A stretch of 64,000 bases of DNA from Blastocystis sp. Blastoise (lineage: Eukaryota; Protista; Bigyra: Opalinata), in the NCBI GenBank assembly GCA_039096225.1, contig JBBPEB010000002.1, positions 1,240,001 through 1,304,000 of the forward strand. The letters are read 5' to 3'. The position numbers and the translations under genes were made by a program. Position 1 is the stretch's first letter. Every line of letters begins with the position of its first letter. The notes under the pieces were generated by a model. That model had not been told where the DNA came from, searched no databases, and was given only the letters and a program-made list of their open reading frames with translations. Below are positions 58,872 through 64,000 of the stretch, piece after piece.

Positions 58872-60929
58872 ATAATATATATTATTTTATATATACATTC
58901 ATTTTTTTAAATAAGAATATTGTATTTTGTTTATTATGTATTTATTATTTTACAGATACATCTATTTTTCATTTCTCAACTATATATATATATATTTAAC
59001 TTTATCTTCGTAGCGGTTTGTATATATTCAATTATATTTTTAAAGTTTATGCATTGTATTTATGTGTTCTTATATACATTTTATGATATAGCTATTATTA
59101 TATATATATTTATTTGTTTGTCTCCTTTATACTATTATCATATATTATCCACTTTCTTGTGCATATAACCTTTTTTTTGATTTCTGTGTTTTGTTTCTCA
59201 TTACTCAACAGTCTACTATTTATCATTTAAAGCCATAATTGTTGCAGATTTAATAAAAAACACATTTAATATAGATAATCTTCAGTATTCTTATAAATCG
59301 ATATCCACATATTCCATTAAGAATGTATAAACTACTATTTATTATGTGAAATTTGAAATATTCAGCAACATAATCAAGAATGAATAGTGTGAAAATAGTG
59401 TAAATAGTCAAAACTACCCAATTATGTTTTGCTTACTCTTTTTGCAAATCACTCAAATCAATATACATATTAAAACAGCCTTATAGTGCTTCTAAACGTT
59501 GATTCAAAAAAGGCATAAAGTGATACTTTCAGCTTTAAATAGGGAAGAAGACACTATAGAAAACAAAAACATAAAAAATATTAAAAATAAACGTATATAA
59601 GTAAAAGTAATCGCGGTAAAATAAAAAGAATAAGATTTTCTTTGTTTCGTAGAAGTTCAAGACAGGGTGTGCCAAAACTGCGCTTTAAGCGCAAAGTGCG
59701 CTTTTCGATGTTGTTTTTGCGCTTAAATCTTTTATTTCATTTTTCTTTTAATTTTTATAAATCTACATAGAATAAAACGTTTAATAATTTTTAGAGGATC
59801 GAGATAAGCTCAATAATGATGTTTTTGACATTTTACACGAGGTTTGTGTTTGTTGATGTAATTTGATTTGTTGTTGAATAAATAATAACCTTACACATAT
59901 TATAATTAGAGAGCAAATTGAATTTTTTAGCATTTTTAGAATGTTAATCATGTAGTTATAATGATTGATTGTCTTTAAGTATTTAACAATTAGGAAAAAA
60001 GCGTGATTATGTGTAGATCTTAATAATATAGTAGTAGTAGAATCATAATAGCAATACATGCTTCAAATTTTTACAAAACTTTGAATTCTTTTAAATTGGC
60101 TAAATACTGATTATTAGTGGTCAAAAAATTTTCAAACTCAGCTCATCAAGACGCATTAATTTACACACTTTTCATGAAAAAAAGACCGGGTGACATAAAA
60201 AAGTAATTCATTCCATTGACTATTATACTATGACATGACAGTTTTTAACTTAAAACATATTATTTTGATATATAATGTATAAATGTTTTGAAATAAGTCA
60301 TCTAAGAAGATTTTTGTGACACATGTTGTGACAGATACATGACTTAAAAGTTCATAAGTCATCAAATAACAACAAGTATGATTCCTATATTTGACTATTT
60401 GTGTTAATTTGGGTGACAAATAAAAATTATTTTGTGACAAAAGTCAATTGCTTAAGATATTCTTTTGTATATTATTTTAAAGACTTTTATTTATGTTTAT
60501 AATGAAAAATAATGTCAATAAATACTAAAAAATATTATAAAAAATAATAATGTAATTAAAAAGTTTTTATTTTTATAAAATATCATGAAGTAGTCTTGTA
60601 GGGACTGTACAGATACATCCTGACAAGTAATAAAAATTAAATAAACGAAAAGCATATTAAAATATTATTTTTCAAAAATCAAACAAAAAACAATACAATG
60701 AACAAAAGCTGGATTTGAAAAAACAATACGTCCAACAAAATGATTTTTAATAGCCTTATAAAATGGTTTTAAAATGTATTTTATATGTAGAATAAGTCAC
60801 ACAACACATTTATAATATTTATATTATAAAATATATTGTTTTTATGTTTAAAAATAAAAAAATAAAAAAACGGTTAGTAGTCACTAGCTTTGCAATTATT
60901 ATATGACTTGATGAAAAATATTATAAGGG

Positions 60930-61001
60930 AGTTGTTTGGTCAAATGGTCAGTGCGTATAAAATTTTTACATAGTGGACGGATCGAATCTTACGAGGAACT
61001 A
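60930..61001 (+). pseudogene. Degenerate tRNA-like sequence
   Basis: A-box TGGTCAAATGG, B-box GGATCGAATC, partial acceptor stem AGTTGTT/AGGAACT, T-run after. Anticodon and T stems do not pair. Confidence 0.5.
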
Positions 61002-61293
61002 TTTTTTTAAACTTTTTCTTTTGACTGCTATTTACAATGATTTTATTTAAAATCAACTTTGTTTCATTTTTATTATCTGTAAACATTATTTACATCATTG
61101 ATATCTGCTTTTTAGTTTAGAATCAACATATCAACAAACTTTTTTTTTCAAAAAATAGTAATTATTGTTTAAAAACAATTCTAAGTATTTCTAGAATGTT
61201 ATAAATGTAATAAAAGAGCATAAATATAATATTTGAAGATATCAAATAATTTTAAACTTATTATATAGAACACATGAAAAAATAAAATTGAGA

Positions 61294-61366
61294 AATCGGT
61301 TGGTATAGTTGACCAGCGCTGTAGCTATTATGGTAATTGTCGCTGGATCGAATCTCGCAAGAGGCA
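61294..61366 (+). pseudogene. Second degenerate tRNA-like sequence
   Basis: A-box TGGTATAGTTG, B-box GGATCGAATC, T-run after. Stems decayed. Confidence 0.45.
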
Positions 61367-61549
61367 TTTTTATTTTTATTTCTTGGAAAAACATCTTTTT
61401 ATGAAACTTGTTCTTTTATATATTTATTTTGATTATCTCTTGATACGATCATTTATTTTGGTTTAATTTAATTAACTTAGTTTATCAAGAGTATTCGCCT
61501 TGAGTATTTATTTTAATTTTTATAATCTGCTTTACTTAATTACTTTCTT

Positions 61550-62954
61550 TCTTTAGGTATCAAGGCTTTTAGCTTTTAAACAACTCTTTATACTGTGAAA
61601 TCAGGATCTATAGCATTCCAGATGGTTCAAATGGATCAACAAATATTTTTTGTATATAATTCGTTTCTTCATTTGTAATATTTATTTGATTTATCTTTAT
61701 TTTATAGTGCAGGATGATCAGTATTTTTCAAGAGTATTTATTGTGCGTTATCTATAAGGTTTATTTAGTATTTATATTAATTATATTATAATTGCTTTTT
61801 ATCATTATTATTTCATTGATTTATTTGTATATTAGTTTATTATAGTGATCGTTATTTTCTTATTTATATTTAAAAGGAATATTATTTCATTTTTGATAAC
61901 AAATTATATATATAGATATACGAGGTCAATACTTTAATTAAGTGTGGCATTCTTTCTATGTTTAGAATTATTTTATGGTCCTTTAATGTATAAAAATATT
62001 GATGAGTATATATTTATTATTATATTTATTAGTATATTTATTATAGTATTTATGATATTTATGATTATGAAAATAATATATATATAGTTCAACTATAGAA
62101 TTATTTCCAGTTGTTATCATTTATTATTTTATATATATATATATCAACAATTAGTGAACAATAGATAAGGAAGCTATTCAATTATTAAGCCAATTAAATG
62201 ATAAACGAGATTGTATATATATATTATTATTATATTTATTATATTATATATACTTATTATTATATATATATATAGGTTTATATATGGAGAATGAAGTTTA
62301 TTGGTCAAAAATTATTCATTATATATATATAAATATTTTTGAAAGAGATACTATTACGGATTCCTTACAACAACAAGAATAAGTATATATATATATTATT
62401 ATTATTATTATTATATAGTTATTTTCAATATTATCTGAATTGATTCCTATAAATTAAAATAATTCTATGATTTTAGCTACTTTTGCATGTATATATATAT
62501 ATATTTGATTATTATACTTTATTTATATTATCTATATATTAATACTATTTATATATATATGTATAGATATATATACATCATTATCTTCTGAGAGTCCTTA
62601 CCTTTCATCCTCTCGCCTTCAGGCCCTTATCCCTACCCTCGCACCACTTCTCGCCTCCCCTTTACATACACATCGTCTCCATGCACTTCGTATTCTAAAG
62701 AGCTTCCAACAACTTGATGTATATATATTATTTTATATAATAATAATATTAATAATAATAATAAATATATATATATATATAGTCGTCTTCAACCTATTGA
62801 AAGATCTACCTGTATATATATATCTTCATAATCATCATTATATATATATACATTCTTATAGTTACTTCTTATAAGTCCCTCACTGACGCACTCCTCCATC
62901 CCTCAAAGAACATTAAAGCACGTTATAATTCCTATACTATTAATTGTATATCAA

Positions 62955-62998
<44 letters not shown>

Positions 62999-64000
62999 GC
63001 TGATTTATTAATTGTTATGTATTCACGGGAATATGGTCATGTATCTAATTTTTTTTTCTTATTTATTACCTCGTATCCCTCTAAATGAGTATAAAACAGT
63101 AGCTATCTATGGACAATATATATGTATATAATAGTATATATAAGTATATATAATAGTATATATAATACATGAATAATATATATTCTGTGTATTTTCTGCT
63201 AATCTTCTTATTATATATGATCTATATATATATATATATGTATATAGAAATACTGGTTTATTGACTGTGAAATTGGCGGGAAGTCTTGCTTTGATTCAAT
63301 TCATCAATATTAAGCCACTTTTCAACAATATATATGCTCAATCAACTCTACAGAATATGTCCGATATACATAATATATATATATATGTAGTTCTTATGTA
63401 ACTAAAAATACATTAAATAAACTATATCAAAATGGAATAAAGACGAATTCTTATATATATAATCAGATACTAACAATGGACATGATATTAAGTTTAATTG
63501 AACAATCTAAAGTCAGATGGTATATATATATATATATATATTCTTTTTTAATCTATTTATCAATATATATATATTAGGACTCTATCTGAAGACTTATATG
63601 CTTCTTTTCCCTGTCTTTATATACATATATACAATTACCCCCTATCTATACACTTATTGATACTATGCATCAATTATACACAGATCCCCGCGGGGATCTG
63701 ATGAGCAAAGAAAGTCAAGGCCGACTTCTTCTAGACAATCTTGATAAGTATATTATATGTTATATACTATTATATATTATTATATCTTATTATTATTTAT
63801 TATTATATACTATTATATTATAGGTATAAGAATAACAAAGATTACACTCAATTCTTTAACGATATTATAAGAATAGTATATAACTATATATAACTATATA
63901 TAACTATATTTATAACTATATATAACTATATATATAGGTGAGTGATGGTATTGCTCTTTATTCTCTACTCCGATTGGGTCTCAATTCTACATATATACCT
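61550..64000 (+). pseudogene. Decayed multi-exon gene (helical-repeat protein, weakly UTP20-like)
   Basis: Many GT-AG exon blocks, some open (LAPLLASPLHTHRLHALRILKSF), others with TAA stops or frameshifts. Confidence 0.5.

Larger units (their letters stand above)
59663..64000. mobile_element. Probable left end of a hAT-like TIR element (other end not in the window, extent unknown)
   Basis: Abrupt GC-rich CAGGGTGTGCCAAAACTG start with four subterminal GCGC motifs, followed by TE-like non-coding DNA. Confidence 0.45.

Overview
Very AT-rich (roughly 80% by eye), intron-dense eukaryotic DNA from a microbial eukaryote. Short introns plus several minor-spliceosome introns would fit a Blastocystis-like stramenopile, but that assignment is inference. 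Host genes: TFIIIA-like zinc finger, nucleotide-sugar transporter, mitochondrial oxoglutarate/malate carrier, tRNA-Arg(UCU), PP1, an MT-A70 methyltransferase-family protein, GPAT, RGP1, SSUH2-like, FPGS, a phosphoserine phosphatase-like HAD and two orphans. The centre (26.0-49.7 kb) is a transposon block that can be resolved to the base. A non-autonomous Helitron (26025-30174) is followed by a hAT element (30654-49725, 8-bp TSD TTCATTTC). Its transposase is split by a minus-strand non-autonomous Helitron (31765-47911), which is itself split by an apparently intact autonomous Helitron (34266-47703). The RepHel gene of that Helitron has about 22 small upstream exons joined only by phase-1 introns, and its family ends in non-canonical CTTG behind a covarying hairpin. 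A CACTG-terminated TIR element (9140-14541) and a probable second TIR element (from 59663) contain decayed intron-bearing gene copies. Other signals: three U12-type AT-AC introns in the first 4 kb, introns made almost purely of microsatellite, and a strongly over-represented, frame-independent octamer TTCCCGTG found mainly in host genes. Gene models were spliced by hand and no database searches were run.
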